The notes under the pieces are model-generated. The model had not been told where the DNA came from, did not search any database, and saw only the letters and a program-made list of their open reading frames with translations. The position numbers and the translations under genes are program-made. Source: Epiperipatus broadwayi (taxonomy: Eukaryota > Animalia > Onychophora). Taken from it: a stretch of DNA of 64,000 nucleotides. The stretch lies in NCBI GenBank assembly GCA_028023455.1, contig JAQFVV010000009.1, forward strand, positions 3,968,001 to 4,032,000, read 5' to 3'. This document shows, piece after piece, positions 27,909 through 40,100 of this stretch. Position 1 is the first letter of the stretch. The number at the start of each line of letters is the position of its first letter.

Positions 27909-27948
27909 AACTCTGAAGAAGATTGCAGGACAGTCAAAATATAAGATT
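27909..27948 (+). ncRNA. PLE-type minimal HHR motif (family 3), CpG-decayed
   Basis: aact-CTGAAGA-a-gattg-cagga-cagtc-AAAA-ta-TA-agatt. The two-arm consensus reconstructs CTGAAGA-A-GACTG-cagga-CAGTC-GAAA-CG-TA. Confidence 0.62.
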
Positions 27949-29059
27949 GTGCATGAATGTAAATCAATAAAAGGTTTTTTGCTAAAAAGTGTCCAAAATA
28001 GTGAATAAATTTATATAAGATTTTACAGCAAAATAAAGGAAGTGATGAATTTGGTAATATTTTTGATTGTTGGACTAATTCTCATCTTCAATAAATTAAA
28101 ATATCAAACTTAAATTTCTTTCTTCCCTTTAAATAGTAGTGATAACCTTTAAATGTTTTAATATTTTCAAAATTAAAATACTGTAAATTCTATGCTATTA
28201 TCTTATAAAATCCTGAAAACTGTTCACATCATTTTTAATGATAATCTGAAATTTATGAATTACATTACTGAAGCTTCATTTAGTAAACTCATTTTGAAAT
28301 AAAACAGTGTTCAGAATTGTAAATTATGGTAATACAAGACTTGTAGAGTTTCAGAGGAAACTCATTAAAATATTGACATAATTAGATAACATTTTGTCAC
28401 ACCATATATTTAGATTTAAAAAGAATTACTGATTCTGAAAAATTATTTTGGAGTCAAAAAAATTACCATTATGATTTAGAAACCTTATCATCATTGTAAT
28501 TCTTTGAAATACTAGTTATTAGAATAGATAATACCTTTTTTAATAACGAGGAAAAATTAAAACCAATGAATCATTTCTTCATATCAGAGTTCAATTTTGT
28601 CTTTTTATAATTCTTCATTATTATATCCTTTATATATTTTTTTACATATAATTTATAAACATTTAATGTATATATGTACTTTTGATAAATATTTATACAA
28701 CTATATTAATAATTAATAATTTTTATTAGTCATTTAGTAGACTAGAGATTATCCATACAATGAATAATATTTCTGTAGTGTAATTTTCATTACACCATTC
28801 TCACACAAGGTAGGGACTCTTTTCTATTGGTTTTTATGCTGGGTTTGGGAAAAGATAAAGGGGATTTAGATATAAAGGTTATAGAGTTGACAAAGATTAT
28901 GTTGTGGAAATGGGATGGAGCAGAATATGGGAAAATTTAGAGTGGGGAATGGAAAATAAAGTGGCTAACAGGTTTATCTGGGCATCACATCACATAATAC
29001 CTTGTGGAGGGGTGAAATCATAAACATAGGATCAAAGAGATGCAAAAAGATATATGAAC

Positions 29060-29108
29060 CTCAAGATGCACATTTCATGCATTTGAACCAGCACCCATCT
29101 GTTAGCCC
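29060..29108 (-). ncRNA. Degenerate family-1 HHR
   Basis: Minus strand reads ggctaa-CAGATGG-gtgctg-gtt-caaatgcat-GAAA-tgtgca-TC-ttgagg. Confidence 0.5.
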
Positions 29109-29146
29109 AGATCACATTCTCTTATACATACCTTTGTCATTGTTCA

Positions 29147-29263
<117 letters not shown>

Positions 29264-29529
29264 ATATTATAGTTTAATTGGTATGTTTAAAATTACTGCC
29301 TTCAATTGATTTGTATATATTAATAATTTTTATTAGTCATTTATTAGACTAGAGATTATTTATAAGAAGTGTAATTTTTATTGTATCATTCTTATTCAAG
29401 GTGGGGATTGATTTCTATACCACTTGCAGTGTGAAGTGGATTGAAGCCTGTCCATTAAAGTAGGAGGATTTGCTATCTTAATATATATCTGAGCACTTGT
29501 AGCATATATGTGTAGAGATGGTAATCTGG

Positions 29530-29573
29530 ACCAACTGATGATTGCTGGTTTAGCATGAAATACGTATATTGGT
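29530..29573 (+). ncRNA. Family-1 type-I minimal HHR
   Basis: accaa-CTGATGA-t-tgctg-gtt-tagca-t-GAAA-tacgta-TA-ttggt. Helix III is the palindrome ATACGTAT; the stem II closing pair is mismatched. Confidence 0.75.
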
Positions 29574-29840
29574 GATTATTTATCTTTTCAACATATGTGT
29601 GTTCAAGTGTATTAGTGTTATGAGATAGTGTGGAGAGTGGTGGGTCATGTGAAAGTCTGTGCTCATACCCTGTCTATTACATATATAGACATAGGTATAT
29701 ATAGGCCTGTGTATTTCAGCTATTCACTTTTAAAACTGTGTGATCATAAACATGAACGAAGATATGTGAAAAAAATATATGATACCAAGATACACATTTA
29801 ATGCAGCACTTCTTACAAATATTCATATCATTATTCAGTA

Positions 29841-30450
29841 CATATAGATAAATAAGCATTTATTTTTATAGCGTCTGTATATAATTGTAATTACATTCAT
29901 ATCGGCCTTTCAAGCGAATTGTGCAAATGCTTTGCGAGTGTTAAATAATAAATGAATACCCTCTGACCAATACAAGATATAGAATTTATGCAGGAATAAA
30001 AAGAATCCCTCTTATTCCTACGACTCAAATATTTATATATGAGCAAATCTGAAGTACTGGCACTCGCAAAGCATTTGCACAATTGGCTTGAAAGGCCGAT
30101 ATGAATGTAATTACAATTATATACAGACGCTATAAAAATAAATGCTTATTTATATATATGATTAAGTTTCAGTTGGAATGATGTTTAGTAAATTCTAGAA
30201 AATTTCATCAGCATCATTTATTCAGACATTGTATATAGTAATTTAAAGTGCCGTTCTATCGTCACGCCTTCTGTGCCAGTACTTCAGATTTGTTCATATA
30301 TAAATATTTGAGTCGTAGGAATAAGAGGGATTCTTTTTATTCCTGCATAAATTCTATATCTTGTATTGGTCAGAGGGTATTCATTTATTATTTAACACTC
30401 ACAAAGCGTTTGCATAATTGGCTTGAAAGGCCGATATGAATGTAATTACA
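29841..30450. repeat. Young inverted triplication A-B-A'-C-B'-A' of a CpG-retaining module
   Basis: 29841-29940 vs 30061-30160 are reverse complements with 2 mismatches in 100 bp; 30273-30450 is the reverse complement of 29886-30063 with about 5 mismatches in 178 bp. Confidence 0.95.
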
Positions 30451-30981
30451 TATAGATAAGGAATTATTACAATTTATAGGGAATTATTACAATTTAATTG
30501 ATAAATGTCAAACTTACTGCTCTCCCAACTTTGACAAAAACCACTTAGTGGAAGTATATTAATAACTTTTATTAGCCATTTAATAGACTAGAGATTATCC
30601 ATATAATAAATAATATTTCTGTAGTTCAGCACAAAATGGACATATTGGGGATCATACATCTTTTTCACATTTTTGATCATATGTTTATGATTGCACTCCT
30701 TCACAAGGTATTAAAAGAAGATAGAAACCAGTCTCTACCTTGTATGAGAGTAGTGTAATAAAAGTTACACTGCAGAAATATTATTCATTATATGGATAAT
30801 TTCTAGTCTCCTAAATAATTAATAAAATTAATATACTTCTACCAATTGGTTAGTGTCAAAGTAGTGAGGACAGTAAGTTTGATACTTTGCAATTATACTG
30901 TAGTAATTCCCTATTTATATATATACTAAATATTAATATATACTGAATAATAATAAAGATTTGTGAAAAATATGATATGGG

Positions 30982-31022
30982 CCAACTGATGAATCCTGGT
31001 TCAGCATGAAATGTGCATCTTG
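30982..31022 (+). ncRNA. Family-1 type-I minimal HHR
   Basis: ccaa-CTGATGA-atcctg-gtt-cagcat-GAAA-tgtgca-TC-ttga; predicted cleavage after C31019. Confidence 0.72.
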
Positions 31023-32689
31023 AGGATTATATTTTTTTTCACATCTTTGATCCTATGTTTATGATTGCACTTCTCCATAAGGTGTTAAAAATAGATAGAA
31101 ACCAGTCCCCATCTTGCATGAGAGTGGTGTAATAAAAGTTACACTACAGAAATAATACAACTATATTAATAATTTTTATTAGTCATTCATTAGACTAGAG
31201 ATTATTCAATAATGAGTAATATTTCTGCAGTGTAATGTTCACCACATCACTTTCACACAAGGCTGTGACTAGTTTCTAGCCACTTTAACATATTGTGGTG
31301 GGATGTAAACATGAATATATGATGAAAGACACATGAAAAAGATCTATGATCCCCAAGATGTACACTTATCAAATAAACTCTAGTAATTTGCTATCTGTAT
31401 TGTAACTGTCAGAATTGCACAACCCACATGCTAATCATCAGAGAGTAATCTACTTGTGTATTTCACATTCTGACATCACAGAATACCAACTTTTTTTTAA
31501 AAGCCCACTAAGGTCAGGGGTAAAACAGGAGACTCTTATCTAATTATGCAAATAAATATTAAAAACACAAAATGTACATTAGCATGACTTTAGTCAATTG
31601 AATAAACCTTTCCAACTTTTATTTTAATTATTTTCATTTAACTTATGCACAGATAAAGTATACAGTAATAAAGGTTTAAAATACTTAATACTATTTTAAA
31701 ATACTATCATTAGAATACTATTATTGTCATTAACTGTTAGAATGGATTACAGTCTACTGCATAGGCATTTAACTGTTCTCTATAGTCTCATATGTATTGT
31801 TCTAATGCTGATACAAACTTATAAATTAAGGCTAATCTTACTACTTGCCTGTTGTTATCAACTATAAGTTATGTTATTGGTATGTGATAGGTAATAAAAT
31901 AGTTGTAAAATACAGGAAACCATATCTGTACTACAATAGTTATATAAAAATGCATGCATAGGAATTAACCTTCTACCATGTATATAGCATATAGTAACCA
32001 GCAGGCACATACGTATCACTAAACATGTATGAAAGTAAACTACCACATGTCATTATTTAAAAGAGATAATGATTGTAAGAGATCAGCAGTGGCAAATGAT
32101 GTTACAATCATCTAACATTAATGCATTGCATAAGAATGAGAATCAGATGTAACTCATAACCCAAATTGACAGATACCAGCTGTACATTCTTATCAATAAT
32201 AATTCAAATACAAGATTAGTTAGCTAAAACTTATATCTGCATAACAGTTCCCCAATCTAGCTTGTCTATGCAGCACAATTGCCCTCCATTCATAATTTAT
32301 AGACTTAGTGATAGTGATATAACTAATATACACTTATTAATCGAATGGCAAGAGGCTGTGACTGTGATTACAAGCTATTTGCCTTTTATAAGCTAATTTA
32401 TTACAATTAGCACAGACTAAATTGTGGCATGATATTTAAATGGAACAAACTACAATCTCTTGCTATACCTCCTCCTAAACTGATTAAGAAAAAAATAAAT
32501 ATTCATTAACATATTTCATTAGATAAGAGACAATAATTAACTAAAGATTAGTTTAAAGTTTATATTTATTTTTTCAAAAGATCAGGTTCAGTCTTTAGGC
32601 ATTAGCAACATGGATTCTTTAAAACTATAACGATAGTGGATAAAGGTATAAATCACAATTTCACATTCATTTTGGCTATATAGATATTA

Positions 32690-33200
32690 ATTAGGTCTTG
32701 GTTTGGTGGCTGGTTCTTCCTATAGTACTGAGTATCAGACTTTTTCTCATCTTTGGTGTATACATAGCGGACATATATTCGAATTATTATTCATATGCAA
32801 TGGGTCTCCACCAACTTGACAGAGAAAAGCAGATAATGGCTTTTTTACTCTTGCATAGCAGAACTTGCTGGGATTAGCAGATAAAAATTAATTAAAGGAG
32901 AATAATACTGGCAAAATAAAGATAGGATAATAATAATGAATACAGAATCAAGATAGAATCATAGAAAGATAATCATGAATGCAATTTCCAGCATTATTTA
33001 TATAATTTGGAGTTATCTTATCCATTTCTCATCATTTGGATCTTTTGATCTATTGGGTATAGATAATACAATTATTTTCACTGAGGTCTAAGTTTATTTG
33101 TCTAATACCCTATTTCCAAGCAGCCTTTTTAATTAAATTATTTAAATCACTTCTAAAATTTTAATCTAGTAATCTGTTTACAAACATTTTAATTACTTTT
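32690..33200 (-). mobile_element. Possible decayed 3' end of a non-LTR retrotransposon
   Basis: Minus strand AFLCQVGG....NICPLC resembles a LINE C-terminal Cys motif; nothing else is diagnostic. Confidence 0.3.
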
Positions 33201-33738
33201 CCTAGAGTGTCATTTCCACCTCTTTTTTTATTGTTAAAAGAAAAACCTTTTCTATTTCAAACTACTTTTAAGTTCAATTTAGAATCTATTATCTTTTTTA
33301 AATTTTAGAAAAATATTTTGTATTTAATGCAAAATAACTTTATAATTGATTACACCGTGTACATTATCTGTGTATTAATAATAGATATTTAATTTTTATT
33401 TATAAAAATTTATTAGAATTTTTGAACTTAAATTTTGTTTGTAATTTTTTTTATTTGCGAAAATGAAGTATATATATATGCGCATAGTCCACTCCATATG
33501 TTATTGTGGTTGCAACTGTTATTCATATGTGATTATTCATATAGTATACAAACAGGAATGGGCTGCTCACCAACAGGCACTAGCCAGCGTGGCAAGTTTA
33601 TTGGATTTTTATTTCTGAGTTTAAAATCAAGAAACAACATGGTTTTTTTTCTCAGTTGTCTGATAAGACAGAATGAATGTTTGTGTAAATGATATTTTTC
33701 AAATAGATATATACAATTATAATAGACAAAAATAAATC

Positions 33739-36635
33739 ATGGCCCTTATTCCCAGGAGGCTCTAAAGCCATCAACCAAGGCAATGGTTGGTAGCCGAAGG
33801 TGGAGGGTGCTAAGAATCCCCTGATTTCGGACCAAGGCTGCCATTTGATGATGACTTTTTATTTAGGTACTTACAACTGCAGATCACTTTTAAGTGAAGG
33901 AAGATTGCAATAATTAGAAGAAGAACTGTCTTATATTAAATGGGACATTATTGGACTTTGTGAAGTTAGAAGAAAAGGTGAAGAGACAATTGATTTAAAA
34001 AGTGGACATGTACTGTATTATAAAGGCACAAATATTGAAAATACAAGTGGAGTAAGATTTATTATAAATAAAAAGTGGAAGAACAACATTGTTGAGATTG
34101 ATGGCATATTGCACAGAGTGGCAAGATTAATTATACAACTTAATAGCAGATACCAAATGCAGATGATTCAGGTTTATGCCACAACAGGTTCTCATAGTGA
34201 TGAAATAGTAGAAGATTTTTATATGATCAGAGTAAACAACATTTTAAAATTGTTATGGGAAACTTTAATGCTAGAATTGGTAAACAAATGAAAGTTGAAA
34301 GTGCTGTAGGTAATTTTGATTATGGTATTAGAAATGAGAGAGGATATAGACTTGTGGAGTTTGCAGAAAAAGAAAAACTTTATATTATGAATTCTTTTTT
34401 TGAGAAAAATGTTAAAAGAAAATGGACATGGAAGCATCCAAATGAAGGTACAGCAGAATTGGATTATATTTTGACTAACAGAAAATACATATTTCAAGAT
34501 TGTAATGTTTTTAATAAATTTAACACAGCAAGTGATCATCAATTAATAAGATGTAAGATACATGTTAATGCAAAACTAGAGAGACAAAAAATATTTAAAA
34601 AAAAACAATATTTACCATTGATATTCCTAATCTTCAGAAACATTCTAATGAATTTAAATTAGAACGTACAAATCGATTTCAAGTACTGTATTAGTAGATT
34701 TTGAACAAGATTCAGATTTGAATGAAATTAATATGAAAATAACTGATGCATTTTTAAAAACTGCAACAAAGATAGCTGGTAGAAAAAAGCAACAATTGAC
34801 CAATAAAATTTCTACTGAGACTAGAGAATTTACGAAGAAAAGAAGGAATATGAAGATATACAAAAATGATGCATTAAAAAGAATTGAATATCTCGAATTT
34901 TTTAAAATGGTGCGGAAAAGAGTTGAAAATGATGTAAGAAAGTAAAACTGTGAACTAGTAAGGAAAGCTATAGAAGAGAATAAAAGTCTCAAGAATGTAA
35001 AACAACATTTTGGTATGGGTAGAAAATTTATATCTGCAATAAGAAAAAAAAGATGGAATTATTACTAAAAAGAGAGATGACATCATGAAATGGGTAGAAG
35101 ACTTTTATCAAGAATTATATGGTAATAAAGAACAAGTACCTCCTATATCTATTACATTTTCCAAATTGCCCTGAATTTTAAATGAAGGGGAAGACATGCA
35201 ATTAAATGTATGAAGAAAGGACAGTCTTGAGGTATTGATGGACTTATAATTGATATATTAAAAGAAACAAGTGAAGAAATAGAAAGTTATATACCAAATG
35301 TCTAAATGATAAAGATGTACCAGATAATTGGAATAATGCAGTAATAATATTATTTTAAAAAGGTGATAAAAATATATTAGAAATTACAGACCTATCAGCC
35401 ATTTATCAGTTTCATACAAAATTTTTACCATGATAATTACAACTCATCTACAGAGAACATTAGATTTATACCAACCAAGAGAACAAGCTGGATTTAAAAG
35501 TGGTTTTAGTACAGTAGATCATTTCCAGGTATTGTGAGATAGAAAGGACAAATGCATGAGTTGCCATTATGCTTTGGATTTGTAGATTATGAAAAGGTAT
35601 TTGATTCTATAAACATTTCTTCAGTGATTAAAGCATTGGATCATCAAGATATAAATCCAGGATATTGTCCATATTTTAAAGAATATTTATAATAATGCAA
35701 CAGCAGCAATTAGATTACATAAGGTTACTGGGAAAGTCAACATTGAGAAGGGTGATACAGAGTGACTCCATATCTCCAAAACTTTTTACAGCAGTGCTGC
35801 ATGAAGTATTTTGTGGATTAAAATGGGAAGCTAAAGAAATGAAAATAAATGGAGATTATTTAAGTCATTATATTTTGTAGATGATGTAGTTGTTTTTGCA
35901 AATAATTCTTTAGAGCTGCAGGAAATCTTACAGGAGTTATCAGATGAAAGTATGACTAAAGATAAATGTTAAAAAGACTAAAGTAATGTTTAATCGATTT
36001 GCTCAAAATAGGAAAATAAAGATTGAATATGATGAATTAGAAGTTAACAGTTACAAATACCTTGGTCAGATTATTAATATGGATGGAAACATAATGGATG
36101 AAATTAATCATAGAATTAAACTTGGTTGGAGTGCTTTTGGGGGAAATAACTTGATACTAAAAGGAAATATACCTATGTGTTTGAAAAGGAAGGTTTTTAA
36201 CAAATGTGTTTTACCAGTTCTTACTTATGGATCTGAGACTTGGACACTTAATAGAAGAGCAATACAGAGACTTCAGACCACTCAAATAACTATGGAGAGA
36301 TGCATGTTGGGAGTAACAAGAAGAGATCGAAAACGCGATATATGAATAAGAGAACAAACAGGTGTTACTGACCTCATTGAAAAAATTAAAAGACTTAAGT
36401 GGAGTTGGGCTGAATATATTGCTAGAAGAGATGATAATAGATGGACAATTAAAATCTTAAACTGTGGATTCCAAGTGATTGTAAAAGACCCAGAAAGATA
36501 CATGTGAGATGGATGGATGAAATAAGAAAGCATGTAGGGATGATATGGAGAAGAGAAGCTAAAGCTCAGAGATGGATTGAACTTTTGAGACCTCCATCCT
36601 GCAGTGGATTGGTAATGGTTGCTGATGATGATGAT
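33739..36635 (+). mobile_element. Near full-length, inactivated RTE-clade LINE (APE + RT)
   Basis: LGTYNCRSL..WDIIGLCEVRR, MGNFNARIG, ELDYILT, SDHQLI (APE); NYRPIS, EQAGFKSGFSTVDH, FVDYEKVFDSI, YKYLGQ, VLPVLTYGSETW (RT); ends in a (GAT)n tail; several stops and frameshifts. Confidence 0.95.
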
Positions 36636-36697
36636 ATATATAGATCCAATATATAAAGAACAATGGTTAAAATATGTGTAAGAAATTGTGTTTTGGG

Positions 36698-36737
36698 CCA
36701 ACTGATGAGTAGTGGTTCAGTATGAAATGCATCTTGG
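36698..36737 (+). ncRNA. Family-1 type-I minimal HHR (intact core)
   Basis: ccaa-CTGATGA-gtagtg-gtt-cagtat-GAAA-tgca-TC-ttgg. Helix III is the palindrome ATGCAT; predicted cleavage after C36733. Confidence 0.8.
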
Positions 36738-37059
36738 GTATCATAGATCTTTATCATGTCTTTGATCATATTTTCATGATTATATCCATTCACAAGGTGT
36801 TAAAAGTGGATAGAAACTAGTCGCTACCTTGCATGAGAGCAGTGTATTGAAAATTACGCTACAGAAATATTATTCATTATTGAATAATCTTTAGACTAAT
36901 GAATGACTAATAAAAATTATTAATGTACTTTCATTAAATGATTAGTGTCAAAGTTGTGAGGACAGAACATTGGACATTTATCAAATTTATTGTAGTAATT
37001 TGTTCTCTATATATATATTGAACAATGATAAATATGGGTGTACGAGATTGTAGTTTGGG

Positions 37060-37102
37060 CCAATGGATGAGTGCTTATTCAGCATGAAATGCACAACTTG
37101 GG
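37060..37102 (+). ncRNA. Degenerate family-1 HHR
   Basis: ccaa-TGGATGA-gtgctt-att-cagcat-GAAA-tgcaca-AC-ttgg; core and cleavage triplet are mutated. Confidence 0.55.
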
Positions 37103-40100
37103 GATCATAGATCTTTTTCATGTCTTTGGTCATATGTTCATGATTGCATCCATACATAAGGTGTTAAAAGTGGAAACTAGTCCCTACTTTGTGTGAGAGT
37201 GGTGTAATGAAAATTATATTACAGAAATTTTAATACAACTATATTCTTTCATTTTCTACACCATTTTATTTAATTTGAAATAATCCAATCTTGCTTTGCA
37301 CTACATTTCTTCTATATTTTGGAAATGAACTTTATTATTTGTTAACCCCAGAATTTTGTGATTATATTTCCTTCAATAATTACAAACAATAATGCCCCCT
37401 CTGCCCAACCTTTAAAGAAGACTAGTAAGATTGATGGAATATTAGAGATACGATTTATTTTTTTATTTTTTAGTAATTATTTTTTATATTTAATTATTTC
37501 AAGTTTTTATATATAGATATTTATTCATATTTTTCAAAAATGTTGTAGAATGGAAGTTACTATTGGTTATATTAATAAAAATAAACAACAAATATATTAA
37601 TCTTTAATTGAGTTTTAAGTTTATATCTGGGCTAGGAATGATATAATTTCTACTCCACAAATGATTATCAATAATTATTAATGTATTTTTCTAAAACGGA
37701 TGGTATCAAAGGCGAATGCATGAATCAGTATTTGTAAATCAGAGTAGTAATATTACATATACATAGATTACAATAATATAAAACTTATATACTGTTATAT
37801 CATAATTGTGTCTTTTTATTGGAAGATTTGTACAATTTTTAAATCTTATCCATATTTTTAATTACAGTTAATTGATTAATTACTTGCAGATTTATTACGT
37901 GCAGAATAACATTAAAAGCAGCCATAATTATTTTAATGGTAATTAATTATTCATAGTGCATTTACTAGCGCCCTCCAATTAATATTCTAGATTATTATTT
38001 TAAATTCTCTTTACTGAATATATAAAAAAGTACATTTTATAATCACAATAATTAGTGCAATTAAAAAAAACAAAACAAACAAAGAATTTTTTTTCAACTG
38101 ATAATAAATAAGAAACTTATTATCTCTATAGAAACAAGTTTTGCATTCATTTTGTGGTTTAAGTATGTAGTGCTGATTGATATGTAGCAATACTCTAGGT
38201 GTTAAATGTGTGTATATATATACAGAAAGATTTCTTAATCGAAAAATATATACATTTATGATTTTTATCACAAAACTGATTTTTAAATTATTATTAGGAA
38301 CATTAAGATACAAGTCCCTAATAGTAATCATATTTTCAACATATTACACAGCGGCTTTTCTTTACATTTTTCCTGACCATTAGAAAGAAAATTTTACTGA
38401 TAGTACTTCTGTAATAAAGTGGCAACATTATCCTATAATTCTGAATATCATAAATTATTATGGAAAAAAATAAACAAATACAAGAATGCATAACAACAAA
38501 AAAGATAATAAAAAAAGTCATTTATTATTTACAGAAGGGCTAGCATATGAGAAATATAACTATTAGCTAAAAAACAAATTATAACTGGCAGTAACTAAAG
38601 TGTTGCTCATTATTTTTAGCAAGTAAGGACTACTACTAATAATGAACTAATAGTTATTTTTAAATGTTTGATCAATATACTTGCATTTGGTTCAGATTTT
38701 AAAAGAATATCACTGTCTATTAATAGAAAAAAGGCTAAATAATTAATTTTTTTGCCACTTAAAAATTAGGTTTTACGTATTTACATTTTTATATCAAACT
38801 TTTTTCTTGTCTTAGTCATTTATCATAGAGTTCCAAAAAAAATCACAACATACCTATACAAAAATAAAACTTACAAGTTTTTCTATGCCAGTCTCCCTCC
38901 CACAAAAACAACAATTTTTTTAGCATATACTCTATATAAAGTCATATTAATCTGAAATCTGGTATCCAGGCTTTTTCTAATTTTAAATTTTCAACAATTA
39001 ATTCCTCTCCTCATATTATAAATTCAAAATTAAATAAATAATGTTAAATAAATAAATGTTAATTTTTATCTACAATTTGAATATAGAAATAATTTTTTAT
39101 ATATTCTTTATAAGTATACAAAATATATAAAATGAAATACAAATTCAATTTAGCCTTGCTTTTAGTGCTGAGCATTATAATCATGGCTATTATTATCTAC
39201 TCCCAAAGACTGCTTTAAAAATGTTAATGTTTTTTCTTAAAAACACATCTTATATATTCCAATAATTATTTAATTAGACTTGGTTTATAACATTGTCTTA
39301 AACTAATAATAATCCACATCTCTTTTATTTTTCTCTTCCTGTCATCTTGTTCAGCACAAATAAGATCAACTAACTGTTTGCAAATCAAAAATGTGTTCAA
39401 GTTTCTTTACACGATCTTAATTTTCCTTAACTTATTATATATATTGCCAATTCTTGTTATTATATTAGCTTGGGGTTTACTGTAATATATAGTAGACCCC
39501 CCCCCCCATATGAAAGCAAATATAATTTGTGGGAAATAGCTTTATCAATTTTATCTTTTTTATTCATCAATTTGTTTAATTAGTTGGTGTCCTAAACCTA
39601 CTTTAATTTTTATTTACAATTTTTTTTATATATACTTCTTATAATAGAGGGAATATATGGTACAGCTACCCAAGGCTATTATTTTTTATATTTGCAATTT
39701 CCATCTCATTTTATAGTTAAAATTTTTAATTATTTGTAAAAATTTTTTCTTATATTTGATAATAGCCATAATTATGGGCTCTCATCAAAAATGCATATTT
39801 ATGAGTGTATATATTTTGTTACATTGACATTAATAAAGGTTTTACTGAATTATGAAAATTTTTTGTATACAAAAAATGAATGAAGGTTGTATAATGTGTT
39901 GTTATAAAGATATTGAAGTGTAATTATAGGGTCTGTTAATTTTATATAGAACTGGTAGATGTCACTATGTATGCAATATAGGTTATTTTTGTAATTAAGA
40001 CATATTGAAAAGGGCAAAAAATTAAAATTTTCCAAAAGCTTTTATATGTTATTTTTATGTGTTATGATTATATGACTATATTACAGCTATTTTATATATC

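Larger units (their letters stand above)
27195..28015. repeat. Long inverted repeat (arms ~27195-27360 and ~27845-28015); each arm carries a decayed HHR
   Basis: Arms are reverse complements at ~80%; also visible as the two similar opposite-strand ORFs 27230-27445 and 27805-28008. Confidence 0.88.
36640..37245 (+). mobile_element. Tandem family-1 retrozyme-like units (362-nt period, two HHR positions)
   Basis: gggccaa..gatgagt..ttcag.atgaaatgca..ttggg.atcatagatcttt occurs at 36695 and 37057 with colinear downstream sequence. Confidence 0.85.

Noticed and set aside
33540-33860. HDV-like ribozyme expected at the RTE 5' end
   Set aside because: Could not build the P1/P2/P3/P1.1 double pseudoknot by eye.
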